DNA of 58,207 nt from Verrucomicrobiota bacterium (GTDB taxonomy: Bacteria > Verrucomicrobiota > Verrucomicrobiia > Limisphaerales > CANJSG01): NCBI GenBank assembly GCA_038209745.1, contig JBBQXJ010000021.1, forward strand, positions 1-58,207, written 5' to 3'. Below are positions 31,223 to 40,522 of the stretch, in pieces. A model generated the notes under the pieces. It ran no database searches. It worked only from the letters and a program-made list of their open reading frames with translations, and was not told the origin of the DNA. The position numbers and the translations under genes were made by a program. Position 1 is the stretch's first letter. Each line of letters opens with the position of its first letter.

Positions 31223-31411
31223 AGGGCATCCGCCGCGTTAAGCCCGTGTGTGCGGTTACGGAAGAATTGTTAAGGAAGCGTAAAGTCCATGACCTCGGCC
31301 GAATCCCCGGCAGCACCGGCCACTCATGGGCTTCAACAGCGGACCGAATACCTCCCTCACGGCAGGGGATTGAATTTGACCGGGGCGGTTGCCCGTCTTT
31401 CTCTACCTCCA

Positions 31412-31786
31412 ATGCCGGTCCGATTGCTCAAACTGCCCGTGGTGCTGGCGCTGATGGTTTCCATCGGCCTCCATTGGGCGTTGCTGCAGTCCGTGGCCTG
31501 GGTCGGCATGGTCGTCCGCTATTCGCAGGACGCCTCGTTCTCGACCGCGATCGCGAAGACCTTCGACGGCAAACATCCCTGCGAACTCTGCCACCTCGTC
31601 AACGAAGGACAGAAGCAGGAGAAAAAGCAGGACGTGCAGAAGCCCGGCCCCAAGTTCGACGTCTGCCTCGCCCTCAGCTCCGATATCGTCTTCGCGCCGG
31701 CTCCCGTTTCCTTGCTGCGGGGCACCGCCGATTCCCCGTTGATCCGTTCTGGATCACCCGCGCTCCCTCCTCCCCGGCTCGCCTGA
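31412..31786 (+). CDS. Small membrane-targeted CxxC protein with C-terminal polyproline (DUF2946-like leader)
   Basis: Hydrophobic N-terminus, [10 protein letters not shown] and terminal PALPPPRLA. Confidence 0.7.
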   Translation: MPVRLLKLPVVLALMVSIGLHWALLQSVAWVGMVVRYSQDASFSTAIAKTFDGKHPCELCHLVNEGQKQEKKQDVQKPGPKFDVCLALSSDIVFAPAPVSLLRGTADSPLIRSGSPALPPPRLA

Positions 31787-31907
31787 GCCTCCCCCGCCTG
31801 AAGTGTGCCCGCGCCCGATCGGCGGGGGCCTTCCCTTTCCCGGATCCGTCTCCGGGCAACCGCTCCTGTTCCCGTTCCCGATTTCCTCCGTCCTTGCGAC
31901 GGCTTCC

Positions 31908-32558
31908 ATGAAAAACAAGCCACGCGGCTTCACCCTGATCGAACTGCTGGTCGTGATCGCCATCATCGCGATCCTGGCCGGTCTGCTCCTGCCGTCGCTG
32001 GCCAAGGCCAAGGCCCGGGCGACCGCGATCGCCTGCATGTCGAACCTCAAGCAGATCGGCCTCGGCGTCGCCCTGTATACGGGCGACAACGGGGACCAGT
32101 TTCCGCAGTCCTCGCATCAGAGCGCTTCATGGATCGGGAAGCTCCAAGTCTACGGCATCACCAACGTCTACCGTTGCCCCGTCGATCCCGAGAAGACCCG
32201 TCGGACCAGCTTCGCCATCAATGATTTTCTGACCCCGCATCCGTTCGGCGCCAAGGACCTCGACTTCTCCCGGTCGAGCCGCATCCCCGCGCCGAGCGAG
32301 ACGCTCCACTTCGCCGAAGCCACCGTGGACTTCGGCGCCTCGGACCATTTCCACTTCGCCGACGCCCCGATCGAGGGCGTCTCCACGAATGACTTCGCCG
32401 GCCAGGTGGATGTCGTCCGGCATCGCCCGTCCGCGAACTACCTCTTCGCGGACGGGCATGTGGCAAGCCTCCGATGGACGTGGGTCAGCGCCCAGCTTGA
32501 CCGGCCGGGCTCGCGCTTTCTGCGACCCGACGGCCAGGGAGACAACAGCCACCCTTAG
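31908..32558 (+). CDS. Prepilin-type N-terminal cleavage/methylation protein with H-X9-DG motif
   Basis: [28 protein letters not shown] and [15 protein letters not shown]. Confidence 0.93.
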   Translation: MKNKPRGFTLIELLVVIAIIAILAGLLLPSLAKAKARATAIACMSNLKQIGLGVALYTGDNGDQFPQSSHQSASWIGKLQVYGITNVYRCPVDPEKTRRTSFAINDFLTPHPFGAKDLDFSRSSRIPAPSETLHFAEATVDFGASDHFHFADAPIEGVSTNDFAGQVDVVRHRPSANYLFADGHVASLRWTWVSAQLDRPGSRFLRPDGQGDNSHP

Positions 32559-32577
32559 GACAATACACAGCGACAAC

Positions 32578-33366
32578 ATGACCACGAAACACCTCGCGCC
32601 GACCCTGCTCGGCCTCGCCTGTCTGGCCACCGCCGCTCAGGCCCACATCACCTACAGCGGCCGCGATCTCGGTTCCTTCACCGGACTCGACGCCTCCGCC
32701 GCCACGATCGCCAACCAGGCCGTCACCGGCAACTTCGGCTGGGCCGACGCCGCCGACTTCAACCTCGGCGACAGCCACAAGGGCCGCGCCTTCCGCTTCC
32801 ATCTGGACAACGCCGCCTCCATCAGCCTGAACGTCTCGGCCAAGGCCGACGCCACCGCTTCCTCCATCGGCGGACTCCTGCCCGGCTTCTCGATCTACCA
32901 GGGTTTGGCCGCCATCGGACCCTTCCTCGGCGCCCAGACCAGCCCCGACCATGACGAGAGCGAAGCCTCCCTCGCGTGGCGCACCACCTGGGCCCAGCAG
33001 AACCTGGGCATGGCCTACGACTACACCGCGACCGACGGCAGCTGGAACGCCACGGGCGATTGGAAGATCGGCGGCGACGGCGACGTGGCGGGCGACGCTT
33101 CCGTGCTCTCCCGCTTCGTCCTGCAAGGCTTCGCCTTCGATGCTGACAAAGACGGCGTGGCCACCGGCACGTTCCAGCTGGCCGCCGGCGACTACACCCT
33201 CTTCGTGGGCGGAAACGACATCGCGAACAAGTTCTCGGCCGATGCCGGGAAGGCCTACGGCGTCTCCGTGGAACTGGCCACCGTGACCCCGGTTCCAGAA
33301 CCCGCCACCGCCGCCCTCGTCGCCACCGGCGTCGGGCTGCTGCTCATGGCGCGGCGCAAGAAATAG
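32578..33366 (+). CDS. PEP-CTERM surface protein
   Basis: Signal peptide (AQA-H) and a C-terminal VPEPATAALVATGVGLLLMARRKK. Confidence 0.92.
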   Translation: MTTKHLAPTLLGLACLATAAQAHITYSGRDLGSFTGLDASAATIANQAVTGNFGWADAADFNLGDSHKGRAFRFHLDNAASISLNVSAKADATASSIGGLLPGFSIYQGLAAIGPFLGAQTSPDHDESEASLAWRTTWAQQNLGMAYDYTATDGSWNATGDWKIGGDGDVAGDASVLSRFVLQGFAFDADKDGVATGTFQLAAGDYTLFVGGNDIANKFSADAGKAYGVSVELATVTPVPEPATAALVATGVGLLLMARRKK

Positions 33367-33375
33367 AGGCCGCCG

Positions 33376-34260
33376 ATGAAATCCACCCGAAGGTTCACCC
33401 CCGCAGCCCTCGCCGCCGCGCTCCTCGCCGCGCTCGTCCTGCCCGCCCGTGCGCACAAGCACCTGGACACCGGCGCGGAGGCACCGACCGTCGGCTCGAA
33501 GCTCTTCTTCCGTAACGGGGCCGGCTACGAAGCCGCATCCGGATTCCTGTATCGCCTCACCCCCACGAACCTCGCCTCCGGTCTCGTCTTCCGCAGCGGC
33601 GACATCTCGCGCGCCGATCCCGACGTCGACAACGACCCGGTCTTCACCTGCCTGCCGGTCGATCCAAACAACGGCGGACCCGAACCGTTCGCGCCGTTGC
33701 TCGGAGCCCGCGTCGCCCTCCAGATCGTCGGCGTCTCCGGTCCGGATGGCGGCGCGCTCTCCTTCTGGAATTCCGACGGCGACTACATCGCGGAGGACAT
33801 CACCTTCACCGTCCCGGTCGGTACGACCCACGGCACGAACGCGTTTTTCCTCAGCGAGAACGACGACTCCCCCGGCAGCGATCCCTACGGCCACATCCAC
33901 GGCCGCCGGTTCAGCGTGGATCTCCCCGGACTCTACACCGTCGACCTTCGTCTCGTGGACGCCACCACCAACGGCCCGGGCCACGGCCCGCTCCACGCCC
34001 CGTCGGCCCTCTTCAAAATGTATTTCCAAGCCGGCACCTCCATCGTGGAACTCGTCCCCTCGCCCGTTGGCAACAACCTCACCTTCGGCACCGAGACCGG
34101 CCGAACCTACTCGGTCGAAAGCACCGGCGAACTCGGTCCCGCCGGCCAATGGACCTCCGTCGGCGACCCCATCGTCGGCAATGGCAAACTCCAAACCGTA
34201 GAAGGGTTGCCCGCCTCGAGCGGTCCGGTCTTCTACCGCCTTCGCATCACCATTCCGTAG
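33376..34260 (+). CDS. Secreted His-containing protein, possibly metal-binding
   Basis: Signal peptide (ARA-HKH), DPYGHIHGRRF..PGLYTV and a C-terminal YSVES..W..FYRL domain. Confidence 0.78.
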   Translation: MKSTRRFTPAALAAALLAALVLPARAHKHLDTGAEAPTVGSKLFFRNGAGYEAASGFLYRLTPTNLASGLVFRSGDISRADPDVDNDPVFTCLPVDPNNGGPEPFAPLLGARVALQIVGVSGPDGGALSFWNSDGDYIAEDITFTVPVGTTHGTNAFFLSENDDSPGSDPYGHIHGRRFSVDLPGLYTVDLRLVDATTNGPGHGPLHAPSALFKMYFQAGTSIVELVPSPVGNNLTFGTETGRTYSVESTGELGPAGQWTSVGDPIVGNGKLQTVEGLPASSGPVFYRLRITIP

Positions 34261-34368
34261 TCGACCCCCGCCTCCACCGCCGAGCGGCAGGACGCCGCCT
34301 CCCGCCAAGCCGCCGTTGCGCCTTCGGCCGACGGGGCCGCTGCTCTGGCGGCAGCAGAACGCTCCGGT

Positions 34369-34766
34369 TTAGCCGCGTGACGTTCGCCAAAGCATGGGCA
34401 CGCGGCCCCACTGGCGGATGCGCCTGTCGTCATAGACGCGCCGGAGCTTGTGGGCGAGAGCGGTGGCGGCAATGAGCTGATCGGCGGGGACTTTGTGGAA
34501 GCCGGACGCCTCCCAAGCGGTCGCCCGCTCGGCGATGGCGGAGGTGATCGAAAAGACGGTCACTTCTGGGGTGATCGCCAGCCGGAAGAACTCCGAGAGC
34601 GGCACCGACAATTCCAGCCGCCCAGCTCCACCAGTTTGGCCGCTTCACAAAGAGAAATGTCCGCGATGGCCAGAGTGTCGGCAGGTTGGGGGAAGGTTCT
34701 TTCCGCCAGGACGGGCACCGCGCCGCCGAGCGCTCGCTGGATCCAAGCGTGGGTGTCCAACACGCG
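34369..34766 (-). pseudogene. vapC: Frameshifted VapC/PIN toxin
   Basis: LDTHAWI...ISLCEAAKL in one frame and HKVPADQLIAATA in another. One base is missing near 34620. Confidence 0.8.
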
Positions 34767-34767
34767 G

Positions 34768-34936
34768 GTCGCTCCGCCGCCTCCCCATCAAGACCCGTGC
34801 TGAAGAGATCGTCGACGATCTTGCCCTTGCCTTTGAGCGCGCATTGCCAAGAGCGCTTTCAGACCGCTTGGAAGACGAACTCCTCGTCGTCCGACGTGAT
34901 GAAAACCGGATCGCCCGTCGTGGCCCCCGCCTTCAT
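34768..34936 (-). pseudogene. Degenerate Phd/VapB-like antitoxin
   Basis: Reads MKAGATTGDPVFITSDDEEFVFQAV*KRSWQCALKGKGKIVDDLFSTG, with an in-frame TGA at 34859..34861, directly upstream of the PIN remnant. Confidence 0.6.
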
Positions 34937-35056
34937 TCGGCCTCGGCGTTCCCGGCCAATGTCGCCCAGATCGAGGGAAGCCTGAGAAAGTCGGATATTT
35001 CCATCTGAAAGGGCTTACCGTCGAGCGCCGAGCTGGCTAGGTTCCTGCCCTCACGC

Positions 35057-37843
35057 ATGACTCCCGAGGGGAAAGCCCGCCAACAGATCGACGCGCAACT
35101 GGTTGCGAGTGGCTGGCTCGTCCAGGACTACCAGCAGTTCAATCCTTCGGCCGGGCGCGGCATCGCCCTGCGAGAAGCGCCGCTCAAATCCGGCACCTGC
35201 GATTACCTCCTGCTTGTGGACCGGAAAGCCCTGGGTGTGGCCGAGGCCAAAAAGAAAGGCACGTTGCTTTCGGGCGTGGCAGAACAATCCGGCCATTACG
35301 CGGAAAATCTGCCCGATTTCATCCAGTCCATCGCTCCCGGGTCATTGCCGTTCCTTTACGAATCCACCGGCGTCGAAACGTTCTTCCGCGACGAACGTGA
35401 TCCCGCACCGCGTTCCCGCCGCGTCTTTTCGTTCCACCGCCCGGAGACGTTGGCCTCTATGGTGGCCGAACCCACGACTCTCCGCGCCCGCCTCGCGCAG
35501 ATGCCCTTCGGCCATCCGCTCCCGGCCCAGAACCTCAGGGCGTGCCAGGTCGAGAGCATCACCAAGCTGGAACACTCCTTCGCCGCCGCCCATCCCCGCG
35601 CGCTCATTCAGATGGCCACCGGCGCCGGCAAGACCTACACCGCCTGCTCGTTCACCTACCGGCTCATCAAACACGCGGGGGCGAAGCGCGTCCTCTTCCT
35701 CGTCGACCGCGCCAATCTCGGGCGACAAGCCATGGCCGAGTTCCAGCAGTTCGTAGCCCCCGACACCGGTCGCAAGTTCACCGAGGTTTACAACGTCCAG
35801 CACCTCACCTCGAACCAGCTCGATTCCGTCGCCCGCGTCACCATTTGCACGATCCAACGCCTCTACTCGATCCTGCGCGGCGTGGAGCTCGATGAAGATC
35901 TCGACGAAAAGTCCGGCTACGAGATCGCCAGCGCCGACGACAGGCCAAAAGACGTCGCCTACAATCCCGCCGTCCCCATCGAGGCCTTCGATTTCATCGT
36001 CACCGATGAATGCCACCGTTCCATCTATGGCCTCTGGCGGCAGGTGCTCGAATACTTCGACGCCTTCCTTATCGGCCTCACCGCCACGCCCAGCAAGCAG
36101 ACCATCGGGTTCTTCGACCAGAACCTCGTGATGGAATACAACCATGAGCGCGCCGTGGCCGATGGGGTGAATGTCGGCTACGAAGTCTACCGCATCAAAA
36201 CCCGGGTCACCGAACAGGGCGGCACCGTCGAGAAGGGCTTCTATGTGGACCGCCGCAGCAAGGAGACCCGCGCCGTCCGCTGGGAACGGCTCGACGAAGA
36301 CCTCGCCTACGCCGCCAAGGATCTTGATCGTTCCGTCGTGGTGAAGTCCCAGATCCGCACCGTGCTTCAAGCCTTCAAGGACGCGCTCGCCACGGAACTC
36401 TTTCCCGGCCGCACGCTCATCCCGAAGACGCTCATCTTCTGCAAGGACGACTCCCATGCCGAGGACACCGTCCATCTCGTCCGCGAAGTCTTCGGCAAGG
36501 GCAACGACTTCGCCAAGAAGATCACCTACAAGACCTACAACCCCGGGACCAAGCGCTACGAAAAGTCCGAGACGCTCATCCAGGAGTTCCGCACCTCGCC
36601 CCAGCTCCGCGTCGCGGTCACCGTGGACATGATCGCCACCGGCACGGACATCAAGCCGCTGGAATGTCTCCTCTTCCTGCGCGACACCCGCAGCCGCACC
36701 TACTTTGAGCAGATGAAAGGACGCGGCACGCGCGTCCTTACGTCCACCGACTTGCAGGCCGTGAGCGGAGCGGACGCCCACGCCAAGACCCACTTCGTCA
36801 TCGTGGATGCGGTGGGCGTGTGCGAGAGCGACAAGACCGACTCCCGCCCGCTGGAACGCCAGCCCACCATTGCGTTCAACAAGCTCCTGCTCGGCGTGGC
36901 CCTCGGTAAACGCGACGAAGACACCCTCACCACGCTGGCCGGACGCCTTGCCCGGCTCGACCGCGAAATCTCCCGAGACGAAGCCCAGAAGCTCGCCGAA
37001 CTCGCGGGCGGCAAGTCGTTGGCGGAACTCTCCGGGTCACTCCTTCGCGCGATCGATCCCGATGCCATCGCGGAAAAGGCCACCGGGAAACCCGGCGCCT
37101 CACCCGCCGAAGCCACGCCCGAAGCCTTGGACGCCGCCCGCAAAACGTTGGCCGACGCCGCCTGCGCGCCGTTCGATCTGCCCGCCCTCCGCGATGCCCT
37201 TGCCAAGGCCAAGCAGGACGCCGAGCAGACCATCGATGTCACCACCGTCGACACGGTCGTCTCGCAGGGCTTCGACGCTGCCGCCAAGGAAAAGGCGATG
37301 GCGCTCCTCAGTTCCTTCCGTGAATACATCGAGCAGCACAAGGCCGAGATCACCGCGCTCCAGTTGCTCTACTCGCGCCCCTACCAGCAACGCCTCACGG
37401 AAAAGATGCTCAAGGAACTGGAGAAGAAGCTCCAAGAACAGCACGCCGCCTGGACCGAGGACAATCTGTGGGCCGCTTGCGCGGCGGCGAATCCCGGCAA
37501 GGTCAAGGGCCGCTCGCAGGCCGGACGCTTCGCCGACCTCGTCGCGCTCGTCCGCTTCTCATTGGAACAACAGCCCGTGCTCGAACCCTTCGCCGAATCC
37601 GTCACCACGCGCTTCAACGAATGGCTCATGACTAAAGCCCAGACCGGGACGGTCTTCAGCGCCGACCAACTCGCCTGGCTCAACCTCATCCGCGACCACA
37701 TCGCCACCAGCCTGAGCATCGACCCGGAGGATTTTGAATTCGCCCCATTCAACCAGCGCGGCGGACTCGGCAAGGCGCATCAACTGTTCGGCGAGCAACT
37801 GCCCAAGCTGCTCGATGAACTCAACGAGGTGCTCGCGGCATGA
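35057..37843 (+). CDS. hsdR: Type I restriction endonuclease subunit R (EcoEI-like C-terminus)
   Basis: DYLL...EAKK nuclease, MATGAGKT, DECHRS, LTATP and QMKGRGTR helicase motifs. Confidence 0.96.
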   Translation: MTPEGKARQQIDAQLVASGWLVQDYQQFNPSAGRGIALREAPLKSGTCDYLLLVDRKALGVAEAKKKGTLLSGVAEQSGHYAENLPDFIQSIAPGSLPFLYESTGVETFFRDERDPAPRSRRVFSFHRPETLASMVAEPTTLRARLAQMPFGHPLPAQNLRACQVESITKLEHSFAAAHPRALIQMATGAGKTYTACSFTYRLIKHAGAKRVLFLVDRANLGRQAMAEFQQFVAPDTGRKFTEVYNVQHLTSNQLDSVARVTICTIQRLYSILRGVELDEDLDEKSGYEIASADDRPKDVAYNPAVPIEAFDFIVTDECHRSIYGLWRQVLEYFDAFLIGLTATPSKQTIGFFDQNLVMEYNHERAVADGVNVGYEVYRIKTRVTEQGGTVEKGFYVDRRSKETRAVRWERLDEDLAYAAKDLDRSVVVKSQIRTVLQAFKDALATELFPGRTLIPKTLIFCKDDSHAEDTVHLVREVFGKGNDFAKKITYKTYNPGTKRYEKSETLIQEFRTSPQLRVAVTVDMIATGTDIKPLECLLFLRDTRSRTYFEQMKGRGTRVLTSTDLQAVSGADAHAKTHFVIVDAVGVCESDKTDSRPLERQPTIAFNKLLLGVALGKRDEDTLTTLAGRLARLDREISRDEAQKLAELAGGKSLAELSGSLLRAIDPDAIAEKATGKPGASPAEATPEALDAARKTLADAACAPFDLPALRDALAKAKQDAEQTIDVTTVDTVVSQGFDAAAKEKAMALLSSFREYIEQHKAEITALQLLYSRPYQQRLTEKMLKELEKKLQEQHAAWTEDNLWAACAAANPGKVKGRSQAGRFADLVALVRFSLEQQPVLEPFAESVTTRFNEWLMTKAQTGTVFSADQLAWLNLIRDHIATSLSIDPEDFEFAPFNQRGGLGKAHQLFGEQLPKLLDELNEVLAA

Positions 37844-39036
37844 GTCAACTTGGCAAATCATCTGGAACTGGTGGGACGCCTGTGCGCCTCGGCGACATAG
37901 CCAAAGCGCGGATGGGAAAAACAATTCTATCCAAAGAACTCACCGAATCTGGTGTGCCAGTTTATTCTGCGGGTCGAGAAAACGAACCGTGGGGATTTAT
38001 TCCAAATTCCGATCTGCTTTTCGGTGAGGAAACCATTGTTATCGCTGCTCGCGGCAACATCGGTTTTCCTCGCGTGCCGCGAACCACCCCGTTTGTCAGC
38101 ACGCAGACGACAATAGCTATTTCGTTCAAAGATAGTCGGCATGTTCCTTATCTCCGCTACCAACTGGAGACGGTGAATTGGCCTGGAATGACTTCGCAAA
38201 CCACGATTCCAATGGTCACGGTGCGGCAGGTTGAAGGCATCGAAGTTCGACTTCCGACTGTTGACGAGCAGCGGCGGATTGTGGCGGAGGTTGAGAAGCA
38301 ATTCACGCGGCTGGAGGCGGGGGTGGCGGCGTTGCGGCGGGTGCAGGCCAACCTCAAACGCTACCGCGCCGCCGTCCTCAAAGCCGCCTGCGAAGGCCAA
38401 CTCGTCCCCACGGAAGCCGAGTGGCCGCAAAAGCAAATTGCCACCGCGATCCAAACGATGGACCAAGGATGGAGTCCAAAATGTGAAAGCGAACCATCAG
38501 CCGATGACGCGACATGGGCGGTTATCAAAACGACCGCGATTCAAAACCTTCGGTTCGATGAAGTGGAAAACAAGAAGCTTCCAGCCTCACTGAAACCGCG
38601 TCCACACCTCGAACTTCAATCGGGCGATCTGCTTGTGACCCGTGCTGGCCCACGCAATCGGGTCGGCGTCGCGTGCCTCGTTAAAAACACACGACCACGT
38701 TTGATGCTGTGCGACAAAGCGTATCGGCTGCGGTGCAAGCTGAGCGTCGCCCATCCAGCTTTTCTCGAATTGGTCTTGAATGCTCCGCACATCGTTGACG
38801 CGGTGAACAAGCTCAAGACAGGCATCAGTGACAGCGGCGTGAACCTCACCCAAAAGCGATTTGGAGAATTGATTGTCCCGCTTCCACCCCTTGCCGAGCA
38901 GACGCGGATTGTGGCGGAAGTGGAGCGGCGGTTGAGCGTGGTGGTGGAGTTGGAGTCGGTGGTGTCGGCCAACCTCCAGCGCGCCACCCGCCTCCGCCAG
39001 TCCATCCTCCAGAAAGCCTTCACCGGGCAGTTGTGA
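37840..39036 (+). CDS. hsdS: Type I R-M specificity subunit S
   Basis: Two lower-GC TRDs, each followed by a P...EQ.RIVAEVE conserved helix; ends QSILQKAFTGQL. Confidence 0.95.
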   Translation: MSQLGKSSGTGGTPVRLGDIAKARMGKTILSKELTESGVPVYSAGRENEPWGFIPNSDLLFGEETIVIAARGNIGFPRVPRTTPFVSTQTTIAISFKDSRHVPYLRYQLETVNWPGMTSQTTIPMVTVRQVEGIEVRLPTVDEQRRIVAEVEKQFTRLEAGVAALRRVQANLKRYRAAVLKAACEGQLVPTEAEWPQKQIATAIQTMDQGWSPKCESEPSADDATWAVIKTTAIQNLRFDEVENKKLPASLKPRPHLELQSGDLLVTRAGPRNRVGVACLVKNTRPRLMLCDKAYRLRCKLSVAHPAFLELVLNAPHIVDAVNKLKTGISDSGVNLTQKRFGELIVPLPPLAEQTRIVAEVERRLSVVVELESVVSANLQRATRLRQSILQKAFTGQL

Positions 39037-39061
39037 TGCACGTTTACTCCTCCGGGCACGC

Positions 39062-40060
39062 ATGGCAGGGTCCAACACGGTCAACAAACCGCCAACCAAG
39101 ACCCGAGCCGTGAAACTGATCGAAAGGACAATTGAATTGAGCGCGGCCGAAGGACTCGGGCCGAGGCCGCGTCCTGAATTGATCGGGCCGGTCTTCACAC
39201 ACCTGCACGACACGCTCCAAGATGCGGTGAGGATGGGTTTCCTCTATTCCAGCCGGGCTCGCGGGCGGATACCTGCCTGCCTGAAGGCGGCGGCGGCGGT
39301 TCACTATCGGGGCCATTCCGCCAACCAGGCCGGATCAACGCTCCTGCACTTTGAGGTGCCTTCGTTCGCGAGCGTTGCGGGCGAGTTGTTCGAGCAAAAG
39401 CTGCTTTGGAAGGAGGGACCGAAACCCGAGCAGACCGCATTTGAACTGCTCGGAGCCGCGTTGAACGATGTCCGCAAGCGCCAGAAGGAAAGCAACCGGT
39501 TCGACCGTGGCTTGCTTCAGCGGGTCAGGGGCTACCGCCATATTCTCAAACGCGGCATCACCCGGATCGGCTTGCCGGATGCCGACCTTGAAGAACCGAG
39601 CGAAATTGACCAGATCGCGGTCGACGCGGCATCGGAACTCTGTGCTGCAACACCCACGCCTCGCCGGGTTCGAGTGGCGGGACGCTTGGACCTGATGGCT
39701 GCGAAACAGTCCGTGCTCAAGGTCGATGTGAAGGAAGGCGTGTTTGTCACGGCCGTTTGGGAAGGAGCGGAGCCGGTCGAGACATTGAGGGACTACTTCA
39801 ACCGGGATGTCGTAATCGAAGGTGTCGGTGTATTCCGTCCTTCGGGTTCTTTGCTGCGAATCGATGCGGATGCCATCGCCGTCGCCGGCGTTCAAGACGA
39901 GTTCTTCCGCCAATTGCCTACGGCACTCGTTGCTCCCGACTATAAAGCGATGGTCCGACTCAGGCCCGGCGAACAGTCGCCGTTCAACCGGATTCTCGGC
40001 AGCATTCCGGCAGAGGAATCCGACGACGAGTTTGCCGACGCCGTCGAGGCGTTCAGCTAA
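39062..40060 (+). CDS. Hypothetical protein with predicted OB-fold-like region and acidic C-terminal tail (candidate PIN partner)
   Basis: 332-aa ORF inside the hsd operon. It has a VAGRL...DVVIEG beta-rich segment and the tail GSIPAEESDDEFADAVEAFS. An alternative GTG start lies at 39110. Confidence 0.75.
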   Translation: MAGSNTVNKPPTKTRAVKLIERTIELSAAEGLGPRPRPELIGPVFTHLHDTLQDAVRMGFLYSSRARGRIPACLKAAAAVHYRGHSANQAGSTLLHFEVPSFASVAGELFEQKLLWKEGPKPEQTAFELLGAALNDVRKRQKESNRFDRGLLQRVRGYRHILKRGITRIGLPDADLEEPSEIDQIAVDAASELCAATPTPRRVRVAGRLDLMAAKQSVLKVDVKEGVFVTAVWEGAEPVETLRDYFNRDVVIEGVGVFRPSGSLLRIDADAIAVAGVQDEFFRQLPTALVAPDYKAMVRLRPGEQSPFNRILGSIPAEESDDEFADAVEAFS

Positions 40061-40063
40061 GGC

Positions 40064-40522
40064 ATGAGCGCGGTGCAAGGCTACCTCTTGGACACGAACA
40101 TCGTGCTCCATGCCACGCGTGAGAACAGTCCGGTGCAACTGGCCGTAAACGCTCAGTTTCGGCTCCGTTCATCTGCGTTCAGACCGACAATCTGCGAAGT
40201 GACCGTGGCGGAATTGTGGTCCTTCGCCGAGTCGTGGGGAGCGAAGCGCAGGGAATTGCTGATGCGGATGATTGGAGACTTGCTGGTGTTGCCAATCAGC
40301 GATTCCCGCATTCACACGCGTTGGGCCGAGCTTCATTCCTTTGCGCGCTCGAAAGGCATGGCGATTCAGCACGACCACAACGACGTTTGGATTTCCGCAG
40401 TGGCCCATGTCGCCGGTTTGAAATTGATTTCGACCGACGTTGCAGCGTTTCTGCCATTGCGTGGAACACCGTGGGTGGATGTCGTCGTGCTTGATCCGAA
40501 GACAGGAATCATTGTTCCGTGA
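40064..40522 (+). CDS. PIN-domain (VapC-like) ribonuclease
   Basis: YLLDTN, TVAEL, NDVWISA and LISTD: all four acidic catalytic positions are present. Confidence 0.9.
   Translation: MSAVQGYLLDTNIVLHATRENSPVQLAVNAQFRLRSSAFRPTICEVTVAELWSFAESWGAKRRELLMRMIGDLLVLPISDSRIHTRWAELHSFARSKGMAIQHDHNDVWISAVAHVAGLKLISTDVAAFLPLRGTPWVDVVVLDPKTGIIVP

Noticed and set aside
31575..31596. CELCH as a heme c site
   Set aside because: The small size and Pro-rich tail fit a CxxC metal-sensing leader better than a cytochrome, although this is not excluded.
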